Source: Tubiluchus corallicola (lineage: Eukaryota; Animalia; Priapulida). From it: a DNA stretch of 64,000 bases. The notes under the pieces were generated by a model. That model had not been told where the DNA came from. It saw only the letters and a program-made list of their open reading frames with translations, and did no database searches. The stretch spans positions 186,001 to 250,000 of the forward strand of contig JAQGDQ010000014.1 in the NCBI GenBank assembly GCA_030141605.1. The letters are read 5' to 3'. Made by a program: the position numbers and the translations under genes. Positions 11,984 to 25,445 of the stretch are shown in pieces; position 1 is the stretch's first letter, and each line of letters opens with the position of its first letter.

Positions 11984-14900
11984 CATTGCTGTAACAGTGT
12001 CCTCCATGCATGCAAGGCTTTAATGAACATAGATCTATCCGGAAGTTGCAAGAAAATCCAGTGTAGCCATGTAGGCATTCACACCTGAAACTTTCTGCAC
12101 CCAGATCATGGCAGGTTCCATTGTTATGGCATGGAGAACTGTGGCAAGGCAACAAGATTTCATCGCACATATCACCTGTGAACCCAGGCTCACAGTCACA
12201 GACGAATGACACGTTGTCCTGCAGGAGACATTCTCCATGTTTGCAAGGATTCGCCTTACATGGTGAAGTGTAAATTTCACAAAATTGGCCATGAAAGTAG
12301 GTTGCACATTCGCACTCAGCAACGTTCCCAACATTATAACAAGTCCCTCCATTCTGACAGCTGGTGTTCATAATGTCACACGGCTGAATTTCAGTCTCGC
12401 AGAGCAGTCCTGTGAAATTGGCTCTGCAAGTGCACGTGAAAGTACTGTTAACATTCATGCAAGTTCCATTGTTCTGGCAAGGTGAACTGTCGCACTGCGC
12501 AATTCTTTTTTCACAGATTAAGCCCTCGTAGTCGCTGCCACAGATGCAGTTGAACATGCCAATTTGATCGATGCAAATGCCTCCGTTAAGGCAGGGGTTT
12601 GGTTCACAGACTAGCACGTCCTCACACGTGCGTCCAGTGAATCCAATTGTGCACAAACATAAGAAGTTGTCATCCTCCTCAACACAAGTACCATCATTGC
12701 GACATGGAAACCCGCTACAAGGTGTGACAGACGCACTGCAGTTTTCTCCAGTATACATGGCATCACACAGGCAAGTATAGTTGTGCCCCTCCGGCACACA
12801 TTTGCCATTAACACACAGATGATCCTCGCACACATAAATATCACAAAATCTGCCTTTAAAACCTGGTTCACAGTCGCAGAATGCAGTTCCATTAAAAATC
12901 GAACATTTTCCATTTTTACAAATTTCACAAGTAGGCAATAGCGTATAGCATTTTTCACCCGTATAATTACCAAAGCATTCACATGAAGTTACATTATCAC
13001 GCAAAATGCATTTTCCATAACCACAGTCAACATTGTTGCAGAGCATAGTGTTGTTTTGTGGTATGGGACTGCCATCCTCACAATTACTTCTATTGCAGCT
13101 AGTCGACATAGCTAAAGATGTCTCGCAATTTGTACCCGTATAATTTCCGTAACAGATACAAATATTTTCTTTACAGATACCATGAATTACAGTTTCACAA
13201 GTTTTACCAGTATGCCCTGCAAGGCACACACAATGAGAATTTTTGCAAACTCCATTAATACAAAGTTCAGAACAGCCAATTACAGTCTTAGTTGCATTTT
13301 GAAATAGTAATTTATCTTTCAATGTCACTGATGATATAGTTATCATTGCTTTGCTGGTTGTTCCTACAGCTGTTGTTGGTGTCACAGTAGTGCTTTCCAA
13401 TGGAGACACTCCAAGTGTCTCTCCAACTGTTGTTAGTGTACTTCTAAATGATGTTACCCTTAAAAAAGTTGGGGTTGACACAGGTAAAACTGTATTTTTC
13501 GATAATGGTTTTTCTAAAGGCTTAGGTGAAACAGGGGTAAATACTGTTGATGCCATTTCTTCACTGCATGTTTTGCCAGTGAATCCTACATCACAAGCAC
13601 AAACTGATTTAGATTCAGAACAAATGCCATGTACACACATGCCCGGAGCGCATTCAAGGTCCAATACAATTGATCTATTACAATATGAGGGATTAAGACA
13701 GACACACATGTAAAAAGACTCATTTAAGTTTAGACAAGTTCCTTCAAGACACGGATCATAACGACACGGAAGTTCAGTCTCACACAGCAACCCTGAAAAG
13801 TTCTCATCGCAAGCACAATGGAATGTTATAACGGAAGCAATGCATGTTCCATTGTTTTTACAAGGGTTATCCTCACAAATAGATGAAAGAGCATTACAGT
13901 TTTTTCCTTTGTAACCAGGAGGACACACACAAACGTAATCATCGAGTCCCTCATAACAAGTTCCTAGTCCACACGGTTGGGAAGAACAATAGAGAAATCG
14001 CTGACACAAGGAACCTGTAAAGCCATTTGCACATATACAAGAATATCTGCCACCATTTTCCATACAGGTCCCATTATTGAAACAAGGTTGGTCCCCGCAT
14101 GGCCGAGAACTACGATTTCTTACATGCTCGCATAAATAACCGGTAAAGTATTCTGGACAAATGCACTGAAACAAGCCATTAATTTCCTGGCACGTACCAT
14201 TGTTTTGACAGCGTAAATTTTCACAGGTGTTGAGCTTTTCACAGTGAAGCCCAAAATATTTATCTCGGCAAATGCAAAAAAATGTGCCGTCCATTTCAAT
14301 ACAAGTACCTCCATTTTTGCAAGTGCTGTCTTTGCAAGACAACCCCACCTCACAATTCTTGCCAGTAAAATGAGCAGCACAGACACACTTGTAGCTTTCC
14401 GCATTTTCTACACATGTTCCATTGTTTAGACACACATTTGGGGAACACATTTTTTCATTTTCACAAAACCGACCAGAAAATCCAGGCAAACACTTACAGT
14501 AAAATGAATTTTCCAAGTTTGTGCATGTAGCATTATTTTGGCACAAACTAGTTGCACACCAGTTTGGAACCTCACAAAACATTCCGGTGTAATTTTCCTC
14601 GCAGAGACAGATGAAAGAAGTACTTGTTTTTAGACAAGTACTATTATGTCTACACGGGTTTGAAATACATGGAGAAGGAATAGAACAATCTACACCTGAA
14701 TAGTCATTGTGGCAAATACATTTATATGGATTTCCTTGCACGCACGTTCCATGATCTCCACACGGATCATTTAAACATGGATGTTTCTTCTCACAGTTCT
14801 TGCCAAAATAATAATTTGAGCAAATGCACCTGTATCGATTTCCTTGATTAACACAAAAACCACCATTTTTGCAAAGCGACTGACTACAAGGTTGTCGAGT

Positions 14901-17836
14901 TGTGCAACGTTTGCCAGCATATCGGTTTCTACAAATGCAATGAAATGAGTTTTGCATCTCTAAACACTGGCCCCCATTTCTACAGGGATTTTTCGCACAT
15001 GCTGTGTCAAATTCACACGACTTTCCAGTCTTGCCGGGTGGGCAATAGCAACTATAATCTGTGCCAATAGAATGGCACGTGCCAGTGTTGCACGGATTGT
15101 CAAGACAAGTATCCCTAAATTGACAATGTGTTCCTGAAAAATGAGCATTGCAAATACAATTGTAGTTATCTCCATCTGCAATGCACACACCATTATTCAA
15201 ACAAGGACTACGAAAACAAGGATGCTGATGCTCGCACTGCACACCAGTAAAACCATCATCACACAGACAATAGAAAGAATCGAAACCTTCAAAGCAACTT
15301 CCACCATTTAGACACGGTTCAGAAAGACAACTTATAGGTGTTTCGCAAAGCTGTCCAGTCCATCCTGCATTGCATCGGCAAATGTATTCAACAAATGTTG
15401 AAATACTCAACTGTATACAATCACCGTGGATACAAGGACTACTTGAACAAGGTTCTGACGTCTCACAGTTTTCTCCAAATTTACCTTCTGTACAAATGCA
15501 GATATGTCGATCAGCAACATCTACACACGTGCCATCGTTTCTACAAGGATTTCTTATACATGGTTTCTGTGTTCCACATGTTTGCCCCATGTACGTTTCT
15601 GGACATAAACAAGTAAATGTATCCTCACTTTCCAAACAAACCCCTGCATTCTGGCAAGGATAACTAGAACAAAAAGTCTGTGTTTCACATCTTCTACCAG
15701 TAAAGCCATCTGAACAAATGCACACAAAACCGTTTAAAATATTCACACACAAACCTTTATTGAAACAAGGTGACCCACTGCAGGGCAGTTCCGATTCACA
15801 ATTTAATCCAGTAAATCCGGCAGTGCAAATACATATGGCCTCTGCACCATAGTTAACACAGGTTGCATCATTTTTGCATGGATAAGAAAGACATGGGTTA
15901 AGTATGTCACAGTCTTTTCCTATATAGTTACTTGTACACTTGCAAACGTAACTGTTTTGTGAATTCAAACAAGTTCCACCATTCAGGCAAGGGCGTCTTG
16001 AACAAGGTTTTCTAACCGCACAATTTTTGCCAAAATAGTCACTTGCACATAAACAGCGATACGCACTTCCGTCTTTTATACATGTTCCTCCATTTAAACA
16101 TGGACTGTTTACACATCGATGGAGAACATTACAAGTTTTACCCAAATAATATTCTGGGCAAAAACAAACAGCAGTCTCACCAAGATTAATACACTGTCCA
16201 CCATTCTCACAGATTAGGTCATGACATGGTAATACAGACTCGCAGTTTCTTCCTGTATATGTGCTAGGACAAGCACATACATAGTCATTATTAGCATCAA
16301 TGCAGCTGCCACCATTTAAACAGGGAAAACTTGTGCAAGACATTTTCACACCACAGTTCACACCAGTATACCCAGGAGTGCATAAACATGCAAACTCTTT
16401 GGAGTCAACATTCACGCATGTTCCTTCATTTTGGCATACCTGCAATGAGCAAGGAAAATGATTTCTGCACTGTGTGCCCGTAAAATCAGAAGGACACACA
16501 CAAATAAAGCTACCGAGTGTATCAAAACATGTCCCTCCATTCTCGCACGAATTATGTTGACATAGTAATTCAGTATCGCAATGTGGTCCAGTGAAACCCT
16601 TAGTGCAAATACAGTGATAATCGTCTCCAATATTAACACACTTTGCCCCATTTCTACATTTCTGGTCGGCACAAGGGAGTTTAACATCACAAAGTTGTCC
16701 AGAATAACCAGGTGGACAAATACAAGAAGCTATATTGTTAGTTTCCAAGCAAGTGCTTTCTCCATAACACTGTAATGTTGCACAAGACATTGAAGCAATC
16801 TCACAATTAGTACCACTGAAACCAGGTGAACAAATGCACTGGTAATCGTCACCTGTGTTCAGGCAAGTTCCAGAGTTTTGACATGGATGACTGAGACAGT
16901 AATTTGTAGCTTCGCAGTGACTGCCTGTCCATTTCTGCTGACAAATGCATTGGTAGGAATTATTCTTTAAGTTTTCAATACACAAACCATCATTTTGACA
17001 AGGACGATTATGACACAACACTGCCAAAGTCTCACAGTTTTTACCAGTGTACTGTTCGAAACAATTGCAAACATAATCATCCAACATGTTGGGATTATTT
17101 CTCATTTCTACACAAACTCCACCATTTAAACATGGAGAACTAACACACGCTTTTCTGTATTGGCAATTCTTACCAAAGTACTCATTTTTACATATGCACT
17201 TGTACGTAGTTTTGTCAATGTCAATGCACACACCATAATTTTTACAAGGCGACAAATCACATGACTTTTCAACAAAAGTTGTACAAGTTTCATCCAATTC
17301 ATCACTGTGGCATAAACATTCAAATTCTTCACCAGGAATTGTATCAACACATGTTGCTAAGCTAGGACATGGATTCTGAGAACACAACAGTCTTGACTCA
17401 CAAAACTGCCCTGTGAAATGCAACGGACATTGACATAAAAAACTGTTCAATCCCTGAATCATACATGTACCATTATTTAAGCAATAGCTATCACTGCAAG
17501 AGGTTTCATTAAGGCACATTTCATCCTTACACGTGCTTAAGTGAATTTCACACAACTTTCCTGAAAACCCAGCCTTGCATACACAAGCATACATCTTCCT
17601 GTCATTGCTAAGAAGGCAAGTTGCATTGTTATGACAAACATTGTTGTCACATGGCATTGTATCTACACACAGAGAAGCATTCATACACAAACAAGTAAAT
17701 GTATCTCCTGCATGAATACATTGTTGACTTGTTGAACACGGTGATGATGCACACGGATTAAAGCCTTCACAGTTCCTTCCTGGATGGGTCAACGGACAGG
17801 TGCAATGATAAGTATTGCCAAGTTCAGTACACATAC
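11984..17836 (-). CDS. Giant EGF-repeat protein, 5853-nt exon (~50 EGF repeats plus a ~90-aa S/T-rich linker)
   Basis: Inside the 2009-aa ORF; tttgcag acceptor at 17837, gtgaat donor at 11983, phase 1-1; tandem CxxxPCxNGGTC...CxCxxGFTGxxC repeats. Confidence 0.95.
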
Positions 17837-18309
17837 CTGCAAATTGTACAAAACAATGTAAAAAGGATAACGCTGTAGATAAATTAGTAAAGTATTTGTT
17901 TCTTCTCATTTAAGTTATATTTTCTCTTAGCGATAGAAAGTAATAGACAATATTTAGAAAATATGTAGATGAATTTATCGCCTGCAAGTGAAGAGCATTC
18001 TTTAAACTTATATATGCAATACAAATATATATATATACATATATATATATATAAATTCAAAATACCTAATGTGTCTTTTATAATGTTTAATTTTGCATTT
18101 ATTGTTATGTGCACGTATAGTGTTATTTAATATTAACTACTCCTATATAATGTTTAACATGTAAATGGCAAAACCTCCAAGATGGCTTGTAATCATCTCT
18201 GCTATGTGATAACATTTTGTACCCATATGTGTCAGATGCTAACAAATGTAACATCAATTATACGAATTTTCCCAGTTCACAACAATATTTGCACAACAAC
18301 AGCTACTAC

Positions 18310-18453
18310 CTCCATTAATGCAAGGTGATTCCAAGCAACTGATAACAGGTTCTTCGCAATTTTTTCCCCCATAGGCAGAATTGCAAAAGCATTTGTATTG
18401 ACCAATAGGAATGTCAGCCGGACAAAAGAAACGACCTTTTCTACAACAAAACC
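18310..18453 (-). CDS. Giant EGF-repeat protein exon (EGF with extra Cys pair)
   Basis: taaacag acceptor, gtagta donor, phase 1-1; GFCCRKGRFFCPADIPIGQYKCFCNSAYGGKNCEEPVISCLESPCINGG. Confidence 0.88.
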
Positions 18454-18691
18454 CTGTTTAAAAATATAATTGTTTATTGCATGTGTAAAATTAAAACAAG
18501 CCAAAGCAGTACACTTGCAAAATTGAACTTATAATATATAATTTGCTAAATTAAGTGAAAAACAAATTTATTATTAAGCATAAAAGCCAAAACAATAATT
18601 TAGGTACAAATGAGCACTACTGACATGTAAAATTTGTAAAATGACTATAAATGTCAGTCCATTAAGAAAAAAGTAACGTATAATTAATTAC

Positions 18692-18805
18692 CTTCATTTT
18701 GGCAAGGATTTGGTTCACATGGATCGATCAACGTCTTGCATTTAGCTCCAGTATAACCAAAATCACAGTGGCAAAAATAACCATCTATTCCGTCGATGCA
18801 TATAC
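18692..18805 (-). CDS. Giant EGF-repeat protein exon
   Basis: attttag acceptor, gtaatt donor, phase 1-1; GICIDGIDGYFCHCDFGYTGAKCKTLIDPCEPNPCQNEG. Confidence 0.92.
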
Positions 18806-19286
18806 CTAAAATCAACATTATTCTAAAAAATGCGTGCTCAGTTATTTTACTTGAATAATACACTAACAAGCATTGTGATTATGACAACAAAATCTCAACT
18901 ACAGTATTTTGTAAACAGACTTACTGGTTTAAACCAGTGTTGCAGGTTTAAAAATTAAAAACATCAATATTACTCAATAAATTTTGTGCAGTAATAAACA
19001 TTACTCAATAAATTAGCAAGAATAGTTACTACTATTAAAGAGGAATTTGAGAATTGATTAAATCTTGAATTACTGTCATTTAAAACTTAATTTTAAAGTT
19101 GAACATGACCACGTGAATATAACTTAGACATGTTTAAACATAATGACTTGAGACTTAGCAAGGACTTAGGCCGCAATGACTTGAGACTTGACTCGAACTT
19201 GAATCCCAAGGACTTGGGCTTGAGTTGAAAGACTTGACTACAAGACTGGCTGAAACATTTTCATACACATTAAAAACCAAGTTAAC

Positions 19287-19430
19287 CATTTGTGCATGGA
19301 TTTTCCAAACAGTCATCTACATTTTGTTCACAGTGTTCTCCCGTAAATCCTGGTAGACAAACACAGACTTTCTGCGCACGTCTGACAGATGGCGGATAAC
19401 ATATTCCACCATTCTCACAAGGATCACCAT
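19287..19430 (-). CDS. Giant EGF-repeat protein exon
   Basis: tttttag acceptor, gttaac donor, phase 1-1; [49 protein letters not shown]. Confidence 0.9.
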
Positions 19431-19825
19431 CTAAAAATAAAAAAATAAAAATAAATTTTTATAATGGCACCAAAAATATAGTTTAATAAGCTCCAATAGC
19501 ACAGGATTGAAAAATGGAACAGTAAGTTACTAATTTATTGAAAAATATATAAGAGTTTTTCAACCAGAGTTTTTATAGATAAACCAAAACCTCAAGTGCA
19601 ATTCTAGACATACACATCTAGAAAATGTGTATCATAATAATGGCTTAAAATTTTTTAAATCTCATCTCCTATAATAAACTCCACAATACCTTCTGCAACC
19701 AGTATTCTGACAAATATGTTGTTTGAATTAAAAGTGATGAGGACATTTATTCGAAACGAATGCAAGCAACTTGCAGCTCTCACATACTTATGCTGCATAG
19801 CAAATGGAAAGTCTGTCGCCATCAC

Positions 19826-19972
19826 CTGTACATTTCTGTATTCTATCACAGTTCTTCCCAGTCTGGTGTTTAGGACAGATACATCGATAGCCTAAAGTTG
19901 TACCAACACATGTTGCACTATTGTAGCAAGGATTTGAATCGCAGTTATTAGCTACCGTCTCACAAAATGCTC
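19826..19972 (-). CDS. Giant EGF-repeat protein exon
   Basis: cttttag acceptor; gtgatg donor chosen because it joins in phase to the next exon; GAFCETVANNCDSNPCYNSATCVGTTLGYRCICPKHQTGKNCDRIQKCT. Confidence 0.85.
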
Positions 19973-20278
19973 CTAAAAGCAGTAAAATGACAATCAGCTT
20001 TAAAGGAAAGGACACACCGTTTAGCAGGTTGGGTTTGTTTTGCTGCTGTCACTTAGACTTAGAAAAATATAACAAAGAAATCTGCAACAAAAACTGTCTG
20101 TAAAGCATAAAGATAATTTATACTGCCGTTTTGCATAAATTTTTTTGGTGCGGTGATAACCGCCATTCCCTTGAAAATTATGGCAAATATTGTGGACTTT
20201 GTGAACTTTTGTAAGCGCAAGCCACTTAACTAATTCAAACTTCTGCAGACTACCAGTTATCATAAACAGATGACAGAC

Positions 20279-20803
20279 TATCATAAAATTAGTTTACTAA
20301 TTTTTTGTGTAAAATTTTTAAAAACTTTGTTGGAAATTGACAGGTGCTGCTTTTCTTCAGGTGACGAATGACATCATTGGTGAATGAATGGCATTCAAAA
20401 TGGGAGCGACCAAGCAGACCACACTTTTGTTTCTAAATCCTGACTAACATTTGTCTCACAAACATTGAAATAAGACAAAGTTCCAAGAAGACTTGCCATT
20501 TCCTTTAACTATTTCTAGACTGCAGTAAAATTCAAACTTACCTTATGTTCATACAAAAAGTATCATAAAATTAGTTTACTAATTTTTTGTGTAAAATTTT
20601 TAAAAACTTTGTTGGAAATTGACAGGTGCTGCTTTTCTTCAGGTGACGAATGACATCATTGGTGAATGAATGGCATTCAAAATGGGAGCGACCAAGCAGA
20701 CCACACTTTTGTTTCTAAATCCTGACTAACATTTGTCTCACAAACATTGAAATAAGACAAAGTTCCAAGAAGACTTGCCATTTCCTTTAACTATTTCTAG
20801 ACT
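20279..20803. repeat. Direct duplication of ~243 bp (20279-20521 and 20561-20803)
   Basis: Two apparently identical copies, 282-bp offset, 39-bp spacer. Confidence 0.9.
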
Positions 20804-20898
20804 TTGCTTAAGATTTGTTGAAAATATCTGCCTAACAGACATTTCAGCTAACGCCACACAAAAGTGCGCTTGTTTTCATGTTCGTGTTTCACACTTAC

Positions 20899-21012
20899 CT
20901 GTAAAATCAATCATACAAGAGCACCTAAACCCGTTTTCAAGTTCCATGCACTTTCCGCCATTTTTACATGGATTGTTTTCACAAATAGCTCTTTTGAATT
21001 CACATTGTCTAC
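20899..21012 (-). CDS. Giant EGF-repeat protein exon
   Basis: ctgttag acceptor, gtaagt donor, phase 1-1; GRQCEFKRAICENNPCKNGGKCMELENGFRCSCMIDFT. Confidence 0.92.
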
Positions 21013-21376
21013 CTAACAGGACATTCAAATTAAATTAATTCGGGTGTAAGATGAGACATACACAGTTCGTTTAAGTGATAAGACCTGACAATCAGTATTC
21101 TGCTACCTAAACAGTAGCGCTAGCACAATGATACAAATAAAACAAAATGCTTATATGAGATACATAATGGGCAAGGAAGAAATGCAAATTATCATGGACA
21201 CATTAATTAGGAGCTTTTTTGACAATTGATAATTATTGCTGCATTAAAAGAAAAAAATAATAATATTTAAGTAATTTCAATTGCTCACTGCTTTACCAAC
21301 ACATTAATTAATAAATAAAATTTCAGCAATACCCAATACAAAGCAAATCTGTGTTTAATAAAAACAAAAAATGTAC

Positions 21377-21573
21377 CCGTAAACAGAACTGGGCAAATGC
21401 ATTTTCCCATTTCGCAAGTGCCACCATTTACACACCAGCAATTGGCAATTACTGTCTCACAATATATGCCAGTAAACCCCGGACGGCAACTGCAGTGAAA
21501 CCTATCATTTGAAAGTGCAGTACACACCCCGTTCTTGCATGGCTTCAGCAAACACTGTGGATGATCCGCTGCA
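21377..21573 (-). CDS. Giant EGF-repeat protein exon
   Basis: tttctag acceptor (phase 2, matching the upstream S/T-rich exon), gtacat donor; SAADHPQCLLKPCKNGVC...CWCVNGGTCEMGKCICPVLFT. Confidence 0.88.
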
Positions 21574-21705
21574 CTAGAAAATGTTAAGCACATGAATAAT
21601 TAGAACATGGAACTTCATTGCGCAAATGTAGAAAAACTTCTTAATTATACTATTTCTGAAACGCATAAATAATTGTTGAGTGGTTACTGTCCTCACTCTA
21701 CTTAG

Positions 21706-22414
21706 CAGGGATGTTATCTAAAATGAATTTACAAACCAAAATCTAAATTTATTAAACACAGAAAACCGATACTGAAACGAAACTGAACCAAAGCATTTTT
21801 ACAAAACCAACTAGTGCAAAAAGAAAAATCTAAAATAAGCAAAATGTATTGTTTTCTATTTGTTTGCTTTTATTTGCTGTGATGCAAAATCACTGATAAA
21901 AAATTTTAAAACGAAAAGGACAAGGAAGTTTTACAGAACAGAACCTCAAGCATGATGGAGTGGCTTACTTTAGAAAATGTGTTATGTTTTTGGATTTAGG
22001 TATCCTTAATGACTAACGTTTAAAGATCAAAATGCTTCATTAAAAAATAAACAAATTTAATTTTATAGATATTTTGTGGCCTATATTTCATAAATTACAA
22101 AATTAAATGCAATTTTGCTCAAGTAAATTCAGACGTGGTTTGATATTTCGGTTGATTGGGCCTGGAGACCCTAAACCTTCACACTTCACAGTCGTCAGCA
22201 CTGAAGATATGCCGTATTGTCGGTAAAAACACATCACAAACTGTTGTGCAAATGAAATTTCCTCTTTATTTGAACTAATTTAGCCAAGACTTTTCAGCGG
22301 TTTTTTACATCTAGGAAAAAGGAAAGAGTAAATTGGATAAATACTAGTAAAACATCGGAAAAACACCACCGAAAATTCTCCAAAACTGAAAATTTCATTT
22401 CAGTAACATCCCTG
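21706..22414. mobile_element. hAT-like MITE
   Basis: 11-bp TIR CAGGGATGTTA / TAACATCCCTG with subterminal AAACCG/AACTGA motifs; TSD not well preserved. Confidence 0.55.
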
Positions 22415-22807
22415 GTGCTTGGGGACTAACGTTAACCATGGCGGTCAGTTAATGCAACTTTCTTGATTCACGATTTCAGCAGTTTCATTGTCTATACTAG
22501 CTGAATGTCGGCCTATATACATCTACCATCATTTTAGAGGCATAGTCTTGATAATGAGTCAGGTTCCGGAGGCGCCAAAGTTATCTAAATCGAGCAGTAT
22601 CTGCCATTTAATGCTGGATTTCAACTTGCAGGATTTGGTATTGTATAAAAAAGAACATTGTAGAATAAAATCAAGATTATGATTATCAGGTGCAGTCATA
22701 AACTTAAGACAGCAATTATTAATTAACACACTGTCATATGCTAATGAGAGACAAATACACTCTAAGGCAAGTTAAGTTTTGCATTCAACAAGACTATTGA
22801 CCCTTAC

Positions 22808-23999
22808 CTATATGGAAAACTATCATCTTCACTAAGTGGAATCCATATTAGGGATGCACTCCTTGAAATCACAGCATGTCTTGTCAGCCCATGAGTATTA
22901 ACATCAGTATCAAATGCAACTATAGAACCTTTTCTGTTTGGGATAAGAAGCAGATCTGTCTCTTTTGTACGGTTTATAGGCTCGATTACACTAGCACCAG
23001 TATCGCGTGGGACAGATGAATCACTTTCGAGTAACTCCTCAAGAGGTTTTACTTGCAATGAACTTGACACGGTGGAAACGTTTGTATCAACGAATGATTG
23101 TTTAACAAACATAGTACTTTCAGTAGCAAGGCTATATTTATAATTGGTTAAAATACTAAACTTAGTAGCAATGTCAATATTGCTCATGTTAGCAAAGCTA
23201 GAATTAGGAAATGTATATGAAGGAAACTGAGTATTAGATTGTGTGACAACAGAAGTCCTTGTTGTAGCTAAATCATAAGATGAAGCTAATTCATATGCTT
23301 TCGACGTTCTGTTAGCTATAGCATCAGTACTTCTTTTGTTGATTTTTACTGTTTTCTGATTTGTTATCATAGCCTCTGAAACTTTACCTGGCACTACAGA
23401 CACCGCTTGCTGTTCAATTTTCGTGAAATCAGGGCTTGTAGCACTTTCTTGCCAATGGTCTTCACCAGAGCTTGACTTGACTGTAACTTCATTTGAAACC
23501 GTTGTGCTTTGCCTCTTCCAAAACAATAAAATGTCCCTTAAAACATTTGCAATAGTTGACAAATCACTAGAAAATGAATGATCATTGTCGCTTAAATTTT
23601 TCGATAAAGTAGAAAAGCTTGCATTATTTTCCCTGAGAGTGTCACGTGCATGAAACTTCTTCATTTCTTTTTTATCTGATTCAAGTTTCCAAAAATGAAG
23701 CGGTGTAGAGATGGTGGACTTTTTAGTGAGCAAAGGCTGATTTGAATATCTAACAACAGAATTTTTCAAAGGTTTTTCAAATGGCACTTTTAATATTTCT
23801 GCATAACTCGGACGTGATGTAGATAAAAAAGGTGGTTGGTTTACTTCAGAATATGGTACATTTTGATCTGTACCCAGTCCAATGTGTTTGCTGGCAGGTA
23901 TGTAAGTCCATGGTGAAGTAGCCCACATTGGAAAAACAGAAAATTTTTCCTCTTTTGAAAAACTCATCTGTAACTTTTGTACATTACACATTTCGTCAG
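22808..23999 (-). CDS. Giant EGF-repeat protein, Ser/Thr-rich low-complexity exon (~397 aa)
   Basis: 405-aa ORF; attttag acceptor (phase 1), gtaagg donor (phase 2); both phases match the flanking EGF exons. Confidence 0.82.
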
Positions 24000-24256
24000 C
24001 TAAAATAAAAATGCATTTCATTATTTAATATACAATTATACAGGTTGACCTGTTTAAGGTTTAGCATGCATCAATAAATTAATAACAGCATGATAGGATT
24101 CTGCCACCTGTACTGCTGCCTATACACAACCAGGCACTGTATGCAGATCAATAAATCTGAACAGTAGTAATCTCATAGAACGAAACCTGGGCTTGTTCAT
24201 TTATTAGCTACTGGTTTTCACACAGTTAACAACAATGAAACGTATGAACGTACTAC

Positions 24257-24400
24257 CTGTAGCATCAACTTGTATCTCACAGTGTTGGCCAGTAAAGCCA
24301 AAGCAACAAAGGCATGTGAAATAACTCAGTCCAGTCCATGTTGCTTTATGTGCAACACACTGGCCTCTACCACTACATAGTTCAGATATACACGTATCTT
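24257..24400 (-). CDS. Giant EGF-repeat protein exon, first EGF (CxCC variant)
   Basis: tttttag acceptor, gtagta donor, phase 1-1; EDTCISELCSGRGQCVAHKATWTGLSYFTCLCCFGFTGQHCEIQVDAT. Confidence 0.88.
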
Positions 24401-25319
24401 CTAAAAAAAATTAAAAAGTAATTAAATTTAATTCTGCGGGTAGGGATTAATGGGAGCTGTTAAAAATGGAAAACTATTAAAATTCGGAATATATCATGTC
24501 TAAATCCTTTTATAATAAGTGTTATGAGTAAAGATGTACCAACCAGAAGTTTTGTTTTCATCACAAATTATACTTCAGGAAATCACCTTTTCCGGATTTG
24601 GATTAACATATCTAGCATAAATACCTAGATAATCTTACAACTACCTAGCATAAATATTGTACAGTTGCAATAGTATTTAGAGCTTATTATTGGTATAAGG
24701 TTAATACACTGTCTCCCATTTCAATAAAACGCAGAAATAAAAAATACAAGTTTCAAAAATTGCACTTTCCATTTTAATGTACTTTCTTTCAGCATTGCTT
24801 GGTGATAGAATGTCCAAATTTAGGTTTGCTTATACTTTAGTAAATTTGTATTTAATTACGATAGTAAATGTAATCAAGGTAGTCTGATAATGATGACAAC
24901 GACTGTTGCATTAAAGGCCGCAATTGAGTCAAAATGATGGTATAACAACACAATGTTTTTACATTAAAATTGTTGTAGTATATGGACGTTGTATTACACT
25001 GAATGAAAGATTTTTGCCGATACACTATCTGTTTTCACCCCTCACCCCTGCATGGTAATGGTTCTGTGTTCTGTCCATTACGAAGCCATTGCGTGCTGGC
25101 ATCTATAAACAAGGTCAGTGGTCTTGTAGGTGCTTTTTACCATCTCAGCACCTGTTCCACTGGCATGGAGGACACAAGCTGTTCATACATAAACCTTGCC
25201 GTGTTCTACACGCTTGCCTAGCATTTTTCTCTAAAATTACATTAACCGTGTGTGTCAGCACCAATATCATTACAATATTACGAATGTTACATTCATTACA
25301 ATATCATTTATTAAATTAC

Positions 25320-25445
25320 CTCCATTGCAAGTGAGAGAGCTTTCATCATAGCCGTTGTTGCAGTCAACATTACCATCGCAAATCCATTCGCAAGGTATAC
25401 ATTCTGATGGATTATCAAAGTTCACACATGATGCCTGGCAAGCCC
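25320..25445 (-). CDS. LDL-receptor class A module exon of the EGF-repeat protein
   Basis: GACQASCVNFDNPSECIPCEWICDGNVDCNNGYDESSLTC carries the LDLa CIxxxWxCDGxxDCxxGxDE signature; gtaatt donor; acceptor ambiguous by 2 nt (cagag). Confidence 0.82.

Noticed and set aside
11880-17909. Calling the 2009-aa ORF a complete Notch gene
   Set aside because: ORF ends are intronic read-through; no LNR, TM or ankyrin domain is visible and the EGF count exceeds Notch
22430-22630. Possible extra exon after the S/T-rich exon
   Set aside because: Stops in all frames; the 22808-to-21573 junction is already in phase
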